Assembly (NCBI GenBank): GCA_965178125.1
Contig: OZ237743.1
Span: 1,302,001-1,366,000, forward strand
From: Bilabrum cf. latius
Lineage: Eukaryota
DNA: 64,000 nucleotides
Reading direction: 5' to 3'
Position numbers and translations under genes: made by a program. Every line of letters starts with the position of its first letter. Position 1 is the stretch's first letter. Positions 35,701 to 46,876 of the stretch are shown in pieces. Under the pieces are notes generated by a model. The model was not told where the DNA came from. It worked only from the letters and a program-made list of their open reading frames with translations, and did not search any database.

Positions 35701-37665
35701 AGACAATCCCCGGTCTGGTTGTGCATAGGCTCTCTGTAAGTCAGATATCAGCCTCCTCATCTGCGACGCACCGCGAGCGCTGCTTGCGAATGGTGAAGTG
35801 TCCAGGGAAGCTGCTGCTGCCTCGAGTGCGCGAATGGCATCGGACGATTCCTAGACTTGACTCTAGCGGGTATATCGCGACTATTGTTGTGCTACTGCTG
35901 CCAGCAGCTGCTCCGAGCCCCATCCTCCAGTGGGAGAGAACATCCTGCGACCCAAGCTCACGAATCGAGACCGGAGGGCCGCACTCGCTCGCCAGGCCCC
36001 GCTGTACGCAGTCGAGTAGCCCCCTGCCCCCGCCCCCGACAGCCACTCCGCCATCCAGTGCCCAGCGAGCCCCTTCACAATCGAGGGGGCGTGGTGCCGG
36101 TCCACCAGTAGCCAGTCCATCCCGCCCCCGCTGGCTCGCAGCCATGCCTACCTCACGCACTCGCCAGCATTGCATGCTCTGCCTCGCTCAGCACGCAGGT
36201 GGGAACCCACGTGAGGCGCCTGCATGCTGTCTTCGATCTGCGCCCACCACTGCTGGGAGTCTTGCCACGCCGACTCAAGCATAGACAGCCGAGCACCGGC
36301 GCGGGCCCGGGCCTGCATCTCGCCACCGTGCTATGCCTCGAGCTACTCCTGCTCATCCCCTGCCCCCCCGCCCATCTGCAACAGAGGGGTGTCAGCGAAC
36401 ACCCCTTGGCCAAGCAGCACCAGAACGCTCGCAGGCGGGGGCACTGCCTCTTGATGGGCTGCGGCCAGGCTCTCAAGCTGCCGCTTCGCAAGCGAACCAA
36501 CTCTCCCCACCGCCCCCGATGGAGCCACATGCCCGGGTCCCTGGGTGCGAGGAACAGCGCCACCACCTCGCACCCAGGCCCCCGCCGACCGAAGGACGTC
36601 AGCCCTCCACTTGGCAGGAGTCCTCCGCTCTGCAACCCATGCGAACCTGGCCAGCTCCAGAGCCGCCTGCCGCGGCTGCATGCCCGCCCTTAAACCCCGT
36701 GCAGTGAGGCCGCCCACCTGAAGGTCGGGAGGGGCCCGCAGGAGCACCCGCTGCTGCCTCTGCAGCTGCTCGAGCACGAAGGCGCCCATTGAGAAACCCC
36801 GCTAATTATTCTTAGCCTGCTCGCTGCCAGCCCTGCCTCTGGTTCCCACTGGCGGTTCGGGCAAACTTGAAGACGCGTCCATCGTGTCGATGTCCTCCAG
36901 CTGAGCCGAGCCGCCCATTTCGCGCAGCCCCTGCAGCACCAGGCCGGGCTAGCCCTGTTGCATCCAAGCCTCTGCGCGCTGCAGACGCAGAGATCGCAGC
37001 TACTGGCGCAACTGCAGCACGCTGAACCGTCCATGAAGCTCTCGCCCAGCTCTCTACATGCGCTGCTCCGCCAGTGCCTGCGAGATGCTCGGCGAAGTGA
37101 GCACATCTGTGGAGTTCTCTACCGCTTTGCTGCTAGCAGAACGCGGTACGTACTCCAAGGCAGCAAGTACCAATTCCTCGGCCCGACCAAGTGCCGCTTC
37201 GCTCTCTCGAAGTCGGCTTGCGCTCTGCAGCGCCCCAGCCAGGTTGCTCCAAACGGTGGGCAGCAAACTAGTGTCGGGTGCGACAGTGGCAGCCTACAAC
37301 CAGCGGATTGCAGTAGCACTATTACCTCTTGTGTGGGCCAGCAATCCGAGACAATGCCAAGCCTGCCCGCAAGGACAAGCGGATGCAGCAGGCACTTGCT
37401 CGCTATTCAAGCTATCGCTCGTACCCGGCGTGCTCCCGATACGTGCGACTTGTCGAATCGTCCCGCTCTCATCTTCTAATCTCTGCCTACATGCTGTCCC
37501 ATTATGTATTCGCCATGCGTGCGAGACTGTGCTGGTTCCGTCAGCAGCGGCTACGCTCTCCATGCACTTGTTCGAATGAAAGGGATCGCATGATACTGCC
37601 TGCGCGCAAGCAACCGCGGCAAATTGAGCGATCAGTTGAACTGCTCTGGTATAAAAATGTGGCAT
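32749..37665 (-). CDS. GT41/SPINDLY-like (O-GlcNAc transferase family) glycosyltransferase, ~1,640 aa, with a signal-peptide-like N-terminus; 16 in-frame TAG
   Basis: Motifs DAVLFPELGMHP..ALALGRWAPLQ..HGH, KLRPSFDGVL and DAFLDSWPFGS..GALESVLAGTPLV..GR. Nine supplied ORFs lie in one frame separated only by TAG. Ends TAA 32749-32751. Confidence 0.75.
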
Positions 37666-37817
37666 GACTATGCTCTTCGGGTGAGCCGTCGGCCAAAATT
37701 ATGAAAGCAAAAATGAATGAGCGTGCGTTGCAGTCATCACATCAAGAACCCACCGAGAGCTGCCGCGAGAGCACTCGCAGTAGTTGCTGCTGGACGCATG
37801 AAGTTTGTCGCAGTTTA

Positions 37818-38885
37818 ATGTTGCAACGAAGTGCTCGCAGGACCTCCACAGCTGTACGAGCAGCGCTCATCAGCAATCTCCGTCGTGCTGAAGGCGCGCT
37901 AAGGTTTCCGGCGGTCCACTCCAGGTTCAGCTCTGAAATACCGGATGCACGCCAAAGCTAGCGATAGGAGTCAGATTTAAGTAGGCCTCGCTCCGAGGGC
38001 ACTGAAGCAAGGATTCCGACGCAGTTCGACCCGACAGACGACAGCCTGCCCGACGACTTGCGTTTGCCTACGCCAGCTTCCCTGTGGGAACGGTTCTATG
38101 CTGCTTCGATTGATGCTGCGCTATCGATTGCGCTAGGTTCTGCCCCGTTTGCTGCTTGTCACCTGGCTGGCATGGACATTGACGTCTCGCTGGCTGCAGG
38201 CGCTGGCACCGCTGGTTTCCTCTTTTGCATCCGAGATTGGCTGTGGGAGGAAGGAACACGAAGCTACGGTAAATCAGTGGCAGGATTGGAACTGACCGGC
38301 TGGGACGGGCAGCTGGTGGGCCCCGAGACCGCCCTTCTCAGGAATGCTCCGCTGGCTGTGATCCTCGGGGGCATCCTGGCGCCCACCTCGATTCTGGAGC
38401 ACCCGGCCAGCCTCCTGCTCATCTTCGAGACCGCCTCGATGGCCTCCACGGCGGACGGGCGCCGCGCCGGCGACTACATGCTGGGCAGCCGCGTGGTGCT
38501 CAGCGAGGCGGGCAGGAAGGAGCGGCTGCTGGACCTGGCCGAGGGCAGGCGCATGCACGAGATCAGGGAGGAGCTGGCCAAGGTGGATCCGGCTCTGCAG
38601 GACGACCTGATGCTGGAGGGGGGCATGCACTCCCTGAACTCGGGAGGGGGGGAGGCCCGGGCCGTGGAGGGCGTGGCGGGTGGAGGGGCGGGCACGGGGC
38701 CACTGCTGTCCGCGCTGAGGGAGGGGAGAGAAGACTGGCAGCTGGGCGAGGCGGCCAGCTTGCCGCCCGTGCCTGGTGCTTTGATGCCCGGGCGGGATCG
38801 AGTTCTGGGGGGCAGCGCGGGGGACCCGGGGATAGCAGACATATCGACACGTCCCACCGTCTTGGAATCGGAGTCGCGCCAATGA
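37818..38885 (+). CDS. RDD-family membrane protein with a probable mitochondrial presequence; 2 in-frame TAG (37959, 37965)
   Basis: ASLWERFYAASID...SYGK..GL...LLRN...GRRAGD..GSRVV; Arg/Ser-rich N-terminus ending RFSS; ends TGA. Confidence 0.72.
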
Positions 38886-39098
38886 ATCGCAAAGAAATAG
38901 TTGCACAGTGCATAGGACTGCCTTTGGTCCCGCTACAACATTGCTGCAGCCTGGGGCCAGGCGGCGGGTAAGACAATCTGGTTTTTGATTCGCTTTGTTG
39001 CGAACTGTTTGGTCGCGACCGTTTCAAATTTTCAATTGAAGTCTCTGTGGAGCCACATCCCAGGGTAATTTGCTGCTATCAAAAAGCCCCATTATAAC

Positions 39099-41344
39099 AT
39101 GAGCTCATATTCTCGTGATGCCGGAAAGGGGGAGCGCTTGGAGGCCGAATAGGACCGCATAGGCGGGGATGCGTAGCTGCCACAGCAGATCGATGAAGGG
39201 CGTCGGGTGCCCCAGGGCAGCGCGAACAATGGCGCGCCATCTCCCGATGCCGGCGCTATGGTACCTGCATCGCCAGAGTTGCTGGAGTTTTATCGCTCCC
39301 GCGTCCAGGAATTTGCGGCCGAACGTGAATCCATGATCGAGAGAGTCGCATCTCTCGAAGTCGACCACGAAACCGCGCACAGGATACGCTGGGAACTGCG
39401 AGTACGAGAGGAAGAAGTAAGTCTAGCACGCAGCGTAGCTGCGTAGCTGGGACCGGGCTGTGGTCACTGCTAGCGTAAATCAATCTCGATTCCCGGCTCT
39501 CGGTATTGCCCTCGCAGGTTGCCGAACTGCAGAAAGCCCTTGCGGATGCGAGTGTCTACCTATATGACGAACGGGACAGGGCACTTCGACTCGCCGCCGA
39601 AAACGAGCAGCTCAAGGCGCAGGAAGCTGAGGACCGCCGCCGGATAGCTCACCTGCTCGCGCTCACCAGGCCGGTCGGTGAAGAAGTCACCTTCTTCCGA
39701 GATTGCCGCCCGGAGGCCGTGCACTCCTACCCGCCCTCCAAAGGTGGTGCGCAATCCTCTGGCGCAAGGAAGGGCCGGTCCAGGGCCCGCGCCCCGCACA
39801 CGGCCCAGGCCAGCTCGAGGGGCAAGGCGCCCACAGTGCCCAGGGGCCCGCATCTAGGGCCCGCCGCGCGCCGGCCCCCAGCGACCGGTGCCACCGACGG
39901 GACCGCCGGAGGCCGGGGAGAGGGTGGCAGCGGCCGCGTGCTGCGCACCGTGTTCCTCCCCTCGGAGCGGCAGGACGCGCTGCTGATGAGGGTGTCGGCG
40001 CTGCAGCAGCAGCTCAGGCGGCAGCAGGAGCTATCGGACGAGCGGGCAGCAGCTTGGAGAGCGGACCGGGACGCCCGAGAGGCGGCCTTCAGGAGGAGGG
40101 CAGAGGTAGACGCAGCCGCGATCCGTGCCGCCCAGCAGGAGGCCTCAGAGGCGAGGGCCCGCCTGAGGGCGGTGACGCGGGATGCGCTCCAGCAGCGGCT
40201 GCGGGCAGAGCAGGAGGCCCAGGGACTCAAGGAACACGCCGCCCGGGCGGAGGCACTTGCAGAGGAGGCCACTCACGAGGCGGGCGAGGTGCAGGAGGCG
40301 GCCCGGAGACAGGCCGAGGCGCTGCGTGGGGCAGCCGACGAGGAGGCGCGGGTGCTGCGGGAGGCGGTGAGCGCGGGAGAGGAGCGGCGGCAGGACGAAG
40401 CCAAGCTGCTGCAGCGGCAGTTCGAGAGGGTCCGCGCGAGGCAGGAGGAGCGGGCGGGGGCCCTGGAGGAGCAGCTGACGGCAGCCAGGCGCAAGGCTGC
40501 GCGGGCGGAGAGGAGACGCGTGCTCGAGGTGCAGGGGTTTGCAGCGGATGTGGCAGCGCTGAGGAGGCAGCTGAGGCAGCTCGAGACGCAGTGGGCCATG
40601 GTCGGGGAGGCGCAGGTGGGGATGCGGGGGCCGGGGGCAGGTGCGGGCGGTCCCTTCGAGGCATGGGGGGAGCTGCTGGGAGATGTGGGTGGGGCGGGGG
40701 CCAGCAGGGGCAGCGTGCGAGTGGGGCGTGAGCCTAGCCCGTACATGGCGCCGGCATCTGCTGCGCGGGGCGCCAGGCGGCCGAGAGGAGAGGGCAAGGG
40801 CAAGCGGAGGGTGCGGGGGTTCCAGCCGTCCGTGAGTGCAGGCGCAGGTGCGGGGGGCGGTGCCGGGGTGAGGTCGATGGTCCCAGGTGGTACAACGGCC
40901 TGGAGGGCGAGTCGGCGGGCAGGAGCGGGGGCAGGGGCCGGGGATGCGGGGGGCCTGGAGCTGGACGAGGTGCGGGAGGGGGAGGAGGCCGGCCTCGCCT
41001 CGAGCAACGTGTCCTCTGGGGCTGCGGAGGAGTCTGAGGGCAAGGAAGAGAGGGAAGGGGGGCGTGGGGTTGGGGCGGGCCGGGAGTCCTCTTCTTCGTC
41101 TCCACAGGACGGTAGTGGCAGTTCCCCGGAAGGAGGTGCCTTCGTGGGTCGAACCGCGGAGGAGGACGACCTGAGGTTCGGGGAGGCGGGGGGCAGGGCC
41201 GTGAGCGGGTGGAGCGCGGACCGGCTGCAGAGAGAGCTGCAGCGGCTAAAGCAGAGGGGGCAGGCGCTCGCAGCCAACGCGAGACAGACGGAAAAAGAGG
41301 CCGGTCAGGCGATCGGCCGGCTGCAGCGCGGGGGCTTGCACTGA
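39099..41344 (+). CDS. CCDC77: CCDC77-like coiled-coil (centriolar) protein; intron 39417-39517; 2 TAG in the N-terminal part
   Basis: ELLEFYRSR...HRIRWELRVREEE|VAELQKALADASVYLYDERDRALRLAAENEQLK...EDRRRIAHLLAL matches CCDC77 from recall; ends TGA. Confidence 0.8.
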
Positions 41345-41615
41345 AGGAATCCGCCGTGGCTGTTCCTGCTGTTGTGTTGTGTGCGCCTTGCTCGCTTCAT
41401 TGTGCGGTGTGAGCTCCTCGATTCGTGTGCTGAGGCATTGTCCGCGCATTCTAGCTCCCATCCTATGAGTACGACATCCGATCCCAACCGGTCCGGCAGG
41501 ACACACCGCGGCGTCACTGCCGAGGCTCTGGTCGGACTGGTCCAGGGGTGGATGAGGAGTTCCGGTCCTCAGGCTGCCAGCGGCTTCGACTTCTCCCACT
41601 TGCACAGAGACAGAC

Positions 41616-43097
41616 ATGTGTTGGCAGGCCGCAGTGCTTGCATCGCTAGCTCCAGTACTAACGAGTTCCATCCCTTTACCGGATGGCTGGGATCAAGCGG
41701 ACGCCGTGTGCGTGTTAGCAGGCGCTACAGGGCAGCAGGTAGAGGGTGCGTTTGCCTTCCGGGAGCTGCGGGCTGGAGATGTGGACAGCGGCCTAGAAGT
41801 TTCTTACAGTATTAGTGGCCTTACTGATGGGGACCATCCGTTCCATGTGCACCGTTGGGGGGACGTGAGCTCCGCGTCGGCCGCAGCGGTGGGCGGCCAC
41901 TTCGTCGGGATCTGCCGCGACTGCAGGCCAGATAGCAAGCCGCAAGAAGTCGGACTGCTAAATAACGGCACCCCTATTGCGTCTGCAAATGGCGAGACCG
42001 ATGGCGTCTTCGTGGATGCGGTGGCAAAGCTCCGTGGAAGGAATTCAATCCTTGGCCGATCGGTTGTTGTGCACGGGGAGCTCCCAGACCGGACCGGAAA
42101 GCGCTACGCGCAGTGCACGATTGGTCTCAAGTAGATTCGAGACGTTAGCGCGCCTCCAGAGGCCGCTAGAGACTTTGGTGACCCGCCGGGGAATGACGAC
42201 GACGAGCCCACTGGAGCAACCGCGGGATCGCGAGCCTCTTGCGTGCTTCGCCCGGTTGCTGATGGGAGCACGGCAGTCACGGGGCACGTGGTTCTCGCAG
42301 AGCGCCCTGCATCCGGCGGGAACGGGACGTGGTTGACCTACCGAGACGTGGGCCCGCTCCCTTCGGCGAGCACAGCGCACCACGTGCATGCGTGGGGTGA
42401 CACGAGCGCACCCGACGGGGGCGCAGCGGGGGACCACTTCATCGGGGCCTGCAACGACAGCGTGCCCTGCCGGCCCCCGTGGGCCTCTGCCCAGGAGGTG
42501 GGCATGCTCTTCAACAACGGGCTGCTCAACGGGACCCGAGACGCAGAGGGGTGGGGCGGGCGATGGGCGGTGGGCAGCGCGCAGTCCAGAGACGCCGTGG
42601 TGGTGCTGCAGGCCGGGAACGATGCCGCGCTGAGGGCTCGGGGGGTGTTGGGGCGGTCGATCGTGGTGCACGCGGAGCCCTCGGGCGGGGCCAGGGAGGG
42701 GCAGTGCGCCATCGGGCTGGCGGACCCGGGGCTGTACCCCGCCGAAGACTGCTCAGTGGGCGCGTGGGGAGAATGGGGGGCCTGCGACTGTCCGGACGGG
42801 GGTGGCAGCGGGCTGGCCGGGGTCGAGAGGAGGACGCGACCGGTGGAGGTGCAGCCCGTGTTCGGGGGGATGGCGTGCGGGCCGCTGGTGGAGGAGCGGG
42901 CTTGCGGGCCGTGCCCTAGGTCAAAGAGCGGGGACGCGGCACGCATCATCGCTGGGATTGTGGGAGGCATGGTGGTAATTGCGATGGTGGTGGCGGGTAT
43001 TTACGTGTATAGGCGCTGGGCCATGCAGTACCAGGAGGACACCAGTCGGCTGGTGGAGGGGGAAGTGGTGGAGATGGGTCCAGCCAAAACTCTGTGA
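41616..43097 (+). CDS. Type I membrane protein: signal peptide, two Cu/Zn-SOD-fold domains, TSP1 repeat, TM helix; TAG at 42132 between the SOD domains
   Basis: Domain 1: HPFHVH..GD, GGHF, GRSVVVH. Domain 2: HHVH..GD, GDHF, GRSIVVH. Then DCSVGAWGEWGAC...RRTR...GGMAC (TSP1) and a hydrophobic IIAGIVGGMVVIAMVVAGIYVY. Ends TGA. Confidence 0.85.
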
Positions 43098-43198
43098 TTG
43101 GACTAGATCTCTAGTTGCCGCTGCTGCTCCTTGGTGCTCCCAGTGTTCCGGTCTTTCGCTGGCAGTCGACCAACGGCGAACTACGCCACACACATAGC

Positions 43199-45178
43199 AT
43201 GCTGCGGGGACTCCAGCTAAATTCCGGCAGAGATCATGCAAAGAATGCCATAGAATCAACCGAGGGCAACATAATTGTACTATCCAGCTGTTGTTTTGAT
43301 GAAGTGGGGGCTGATGCGGTTGGCACTGCTTTGCAAGGGAGGGTTTCCGTATTTTCCTTGGTTATGTGCGAAATGCAGTCAGACCGCGCGGGAGTTGCTC
43401 TTGTGAGGCACCTGCCTCGACTTCCGGAAACCGCTGCCAGTGATAGATCCTTCCGCCAGGTTCTCGTGGAACGCACCCTTGGACCAGCGGCCATGGCATG
43501 CTTGCTTGACTCCCTTCGCCATGTTCGCACGAAAACGTTAATAGTTAGTGATAACCCAGGTGACATGGACTATCCTAGCCTGTGTGAGGCCCTGAGCTCA
43601 CAACAGCTCCTACAAAAGCTGACGCTGGGTGGCCCCGTGTGCGGTCTGCCTGAGGATGGATCCTTGATAGCAGATGCCATCTCCCGATGCAACGAGATTT
43701 GCGAAATCAGGCTGGTATCAATCGGTCTCTCTGCCAAGGGAGTGGCCGATCTCGCATCTATCCTACACACATGCCCCAAGCTTCGCACTCTGCATCTAGA
43801 AGGGGATCCTGTGGGCGCCGAGGGTGCCAAGGCCGTGGGTAGCGCGCTGGCCGGGTCCGCTTCCATTCGGTGCTTAACCATAGCAAATGCCGGCATGGAT
43901 AAAGATGTCATGTGCCAATTCGCAGGCTCCCTGGGCCCGAAGTGCCCGCTCTTCTCATTGGAGCTGCCCGACAACCCCGCAGGGGATCAGGGCGTGGCTT
44001 CAGTCATCCTCGCCGTGACTTCCTGGTGCCGAATTGCCAGCGGGACAGGCAGTGGGCTTGCAGCCGATAGCAGTGATCCTGTAGATTCTGGGTCCGAATG
44101 GGAAGATGACGAGCGCGAGGAGTGGACGCGAAACGGCATGCGCACTGGGCTAAGGCGGCTGCGTCTGCCACGCACGGGGGCAGGCATGAAGGCCGTGGCT
44201 GCGGCTGCTCAACTGTTGATCACCGCTGGAGAGGCATGCAGCTTGCGCAGGCTGGATCTGACGGATGCTAGATTCGGTCTGAGACCGGCCGTTGACCTCA
44301 TGAGGGGGGTCGGCAGGTGCAGGGGGCTGAGGGTGCTGGAACTGGGTCTGTGGGCGCATAGGGTGCTGGTGCAGGACTAGGTACAGGATGCGATACAGAG
44401 AGCGGTGTACTGCAACGATGCGATCGAACGGATCTCCAGCGGGGGGACAAGTGCAGGATGGTCGGGTGACGGCCGGAGGAGGAGGGCGCTGCGGTCGGGC
44501 GCTGAGATTCTAGCCAGTTCTTCCATCGCTGTGCCAGGTTTGAGCTCTGCGCAGTGCCTCCCAGAACTGCTGGGTGCGCACTAGCAGATCGACGACAGAC
44601 TAGCCGTGGAGTACATAGTCTAGGCCGCAGAGCAGATCGTATCGTCCGGCCCGCCTGGGACCCTTAAAGGATCCAAGTACGCTATGTATACGCACTTGTT
44701 CAAGGCAGTTCTGGGGCGCATGCGGGAACGGATCCACGGGCTGCAGCGCAGCTTGCCTCTCCTACCCAACCTGCTGAGCGTGCTCCAGGCAATTGACGAG
44801 GCGGGCTGGCATATATCTACACGGATGGAAGCGGTCAGGGCGTGCTGTGACCCCAGAATGCACAGAGACATGGCATGGATCGGCGAGAGCACCCGCACGC
44901 GGAGAGTCTGGGGCCTGGCGAGGTGGCGACACGCAGACCAAGCGCACAAAGATGCAGCCTGCGTCTTTCGTGCCGCGGCAGAAGGTCGTCCGATGGAGCT
45001 GGAGAAGCGGCTGGCCCTGGGCAAGTTCGCGGGGGGGCTGGCAGCCGAGGGGGTGGGCGAGGACGGGGCCTGCATCACCGCGCTGGAGGCTGCGGTCAGA
45101 GGCGGCCACAGGGACTGCGTTAGGGTGCTGCGCATTTGTGAGCTGGGCTTTCTTTCACGTGCGTTGAGTGCCCCCTAA
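43199..45178 (+). CDS. RI-like leucine-rich-repeat protein with a C-terminal ankyrin-like repeat; 3 in-frame TAG (44378, 44582, 44621)
   Basis: LRTLHLEGDPVGAEGAKAVGSAL-type repeats; C-terminal TALEAAVRGGHRDCVRVL; frame +2 is continuous; ends TAA. Confidence 0.7.
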
Positions 45179-45593
45179 CCCCCCCTCCCCCCCCTTTATC
45201 CGGATATCAAGAGCCACGGCATGGATTGGCGATCGCCGATCGGAGATGTACGCAAGGTTTGGGAACATTGAGCGGCGAAAACTAGTGCCGGTCGCAGCTA
45301 TCACTACCTTTATGTGCAACTGCCATGTGCACCTGAACCCACACCACTGGAGAAAGCCAGCCTGGCAGCAGCCGGCCAGGCTGCAAACAGGCTGAATGAC
45401 ATGAGCCAGCAAGCCAGAAATACAGAAATACATTGTTGGGTTAAGTTACCGAACCCGCCACAGATGCACCATATCTCAGGTGATCACCTGCAGCGGTAGG
45501 AGCCCTCATAAGAGGACTACAAGACCCCCGACCCTTTCAGACCAAAGGCCCCCCATGTACCGGCCCTGATGTTGGGACCTCCCTTTGTCGCCT

Positions 45594-46487
45594 TCAAGCC
45601 CTCCTTCGCAGCAGTCCCGGAGCCTTTATTTCGGATATCCGTAGACACACAGGCATACTGCGTGGACCCGGCATTATGCGCGGTCCAGACCCACCACGGA
45701 GTGCCCCTCCAGCCTCCGACGTCACTTCCAGGATCGTCCGGACTCGCGATCCCTCTGAGGGTCGAGCACGCACACAATCATGCTCGTCTCTGGAACTGTC
45801 AGCGTAAATATGTGAATAGTTCCGAGGCTCCCCCTCCTGGGAGTCTTCCCGAGCTCGGTGTCCCCGGGCCCGGCTGATATAGGTGGCACCAACGGTGCAG
45901 AAACCAATCGCCCTGCTCTCCGGCAGGTAGACCGGCGCCAAAGCATTAGATGCTAAGGCTAGGGCTTCAAAGAACCCATTTTCTCCACAAGGGGAGAAAT
46001 CCCGTGCTGAAATGACAGTACGGGCGTCGGAATAGGTGGCACCAACGGTGCAGAAACCAATCGCCCTGCTCTCCGGCAGGTAGACCGGCGCCAAAGCATT
46101 AGATGCTAAGACTAGGGCTTCAAAGAACCCATTTTCTCCACAAGGGGAGAAATCCCGTGCTGAAATGACAGTACGGGCGTCGGAGGCGGTAAATACCTTC
46201 CCGACCGTTTGGTCGTAGACCTTCCCGCGCACATCGGCGAACGGGCCATAACCACTTCGCAGCCCCCACAGGGATCTCGAGTGGAATCGAGAGCTATTTA
46301 GCTCTTCTTCCGCTGCGCAGACGACACTCCAGGACGCCTGAACAGGGCTGTGCTGCTCAACCAGCACAGGCACCGAACCCGGTGCAGCCGACAATGCCAA
46401 TCCAGGCGTCGGCTTCTCCCATCCCATAGGAAGGAAGAATATAGCCAAAGCACTATGTGCTAAGGCTAGGGCCCATAAAGGGTCCAT
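45594..46487 (-). CDS. Hypothetical ORF or relic with a hydrophobic N-terminus and an internal 51-aa duplication
   Basis: ORF MDPLWALALAHSALAIFFLPMG...; atypical lower-GC composition; no recognised homology. Confidence 0.35.
   Translation of the reverse strand: MDPLWALALAHSALAIFFLPMGWEKPTPGLALSAAPGSVPVLVEQHSPVQASWSVVCAAEEELNSSRFHSRSLWGLRSGYGPFADVRGKVYDQTVGKVFTASDARTVISARDFSPCGENGFFEALVLASNALAPVYLPESRAIGFCTVGATYSDARTVISARDFSPCGENGFFEALALASNALAPVYLPESRAIGFCTVGATYISRARGHRAREDSQEGEPRNYSHIYADSSRDEHDCVRARPSEGSRVRTILEVTSEAGGALRGGSGPRIMPGPRSMPVCLRISEIKAPGLLRRRA
45879..46184. repeat. 153-bp direct tandem duplication (45879-46031 / 46032-46184)
   Basis: The two copies are identical except one G/A substitution seen (aaggctaggg vs aagactaggg). 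Confidence 0.92.
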
Positions 46488-46876
46488 CTCCCCCACCAGG
46501 AGATTTTTTTTAGCCAGCAAGAATCGGTTTGTAAGGTGTTAAAATAGGAAATCTTGGTTTTCTGCAGTCCTTCGAACGTTGCGAAACGCCTTCGGTATTC
46601 TTGCATCAATGTAAGTAATATTACCAGCATTTGTCTCTAGCTTCTAACTATATCACCATTCAACTATTAACAGGCCGGATAATGCTTTGCATTCTGTCTG
46701 CGAGGCCTTCGATTATGGGCGGTTGCAAGCAGGAGGCCTTGGTTGCAAGCGGTTGCACCCGCTAGCACTGTCGAAAGCTGTTCTGGGCGGGTGACAAGAG
46801 CTACAAGGGAAACTGTTTTATCCAGATGCATCTTATGTTGCCCTGACTTGTTGCTCCATCTGCTCGCGCAGTGATC

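Noticed and set aside
45170-45197. Telomeric repeat (ccctaacc)
   Set aside because: A single unit formed by the LRR gene's TAA stop within a C-rich run; not an array.
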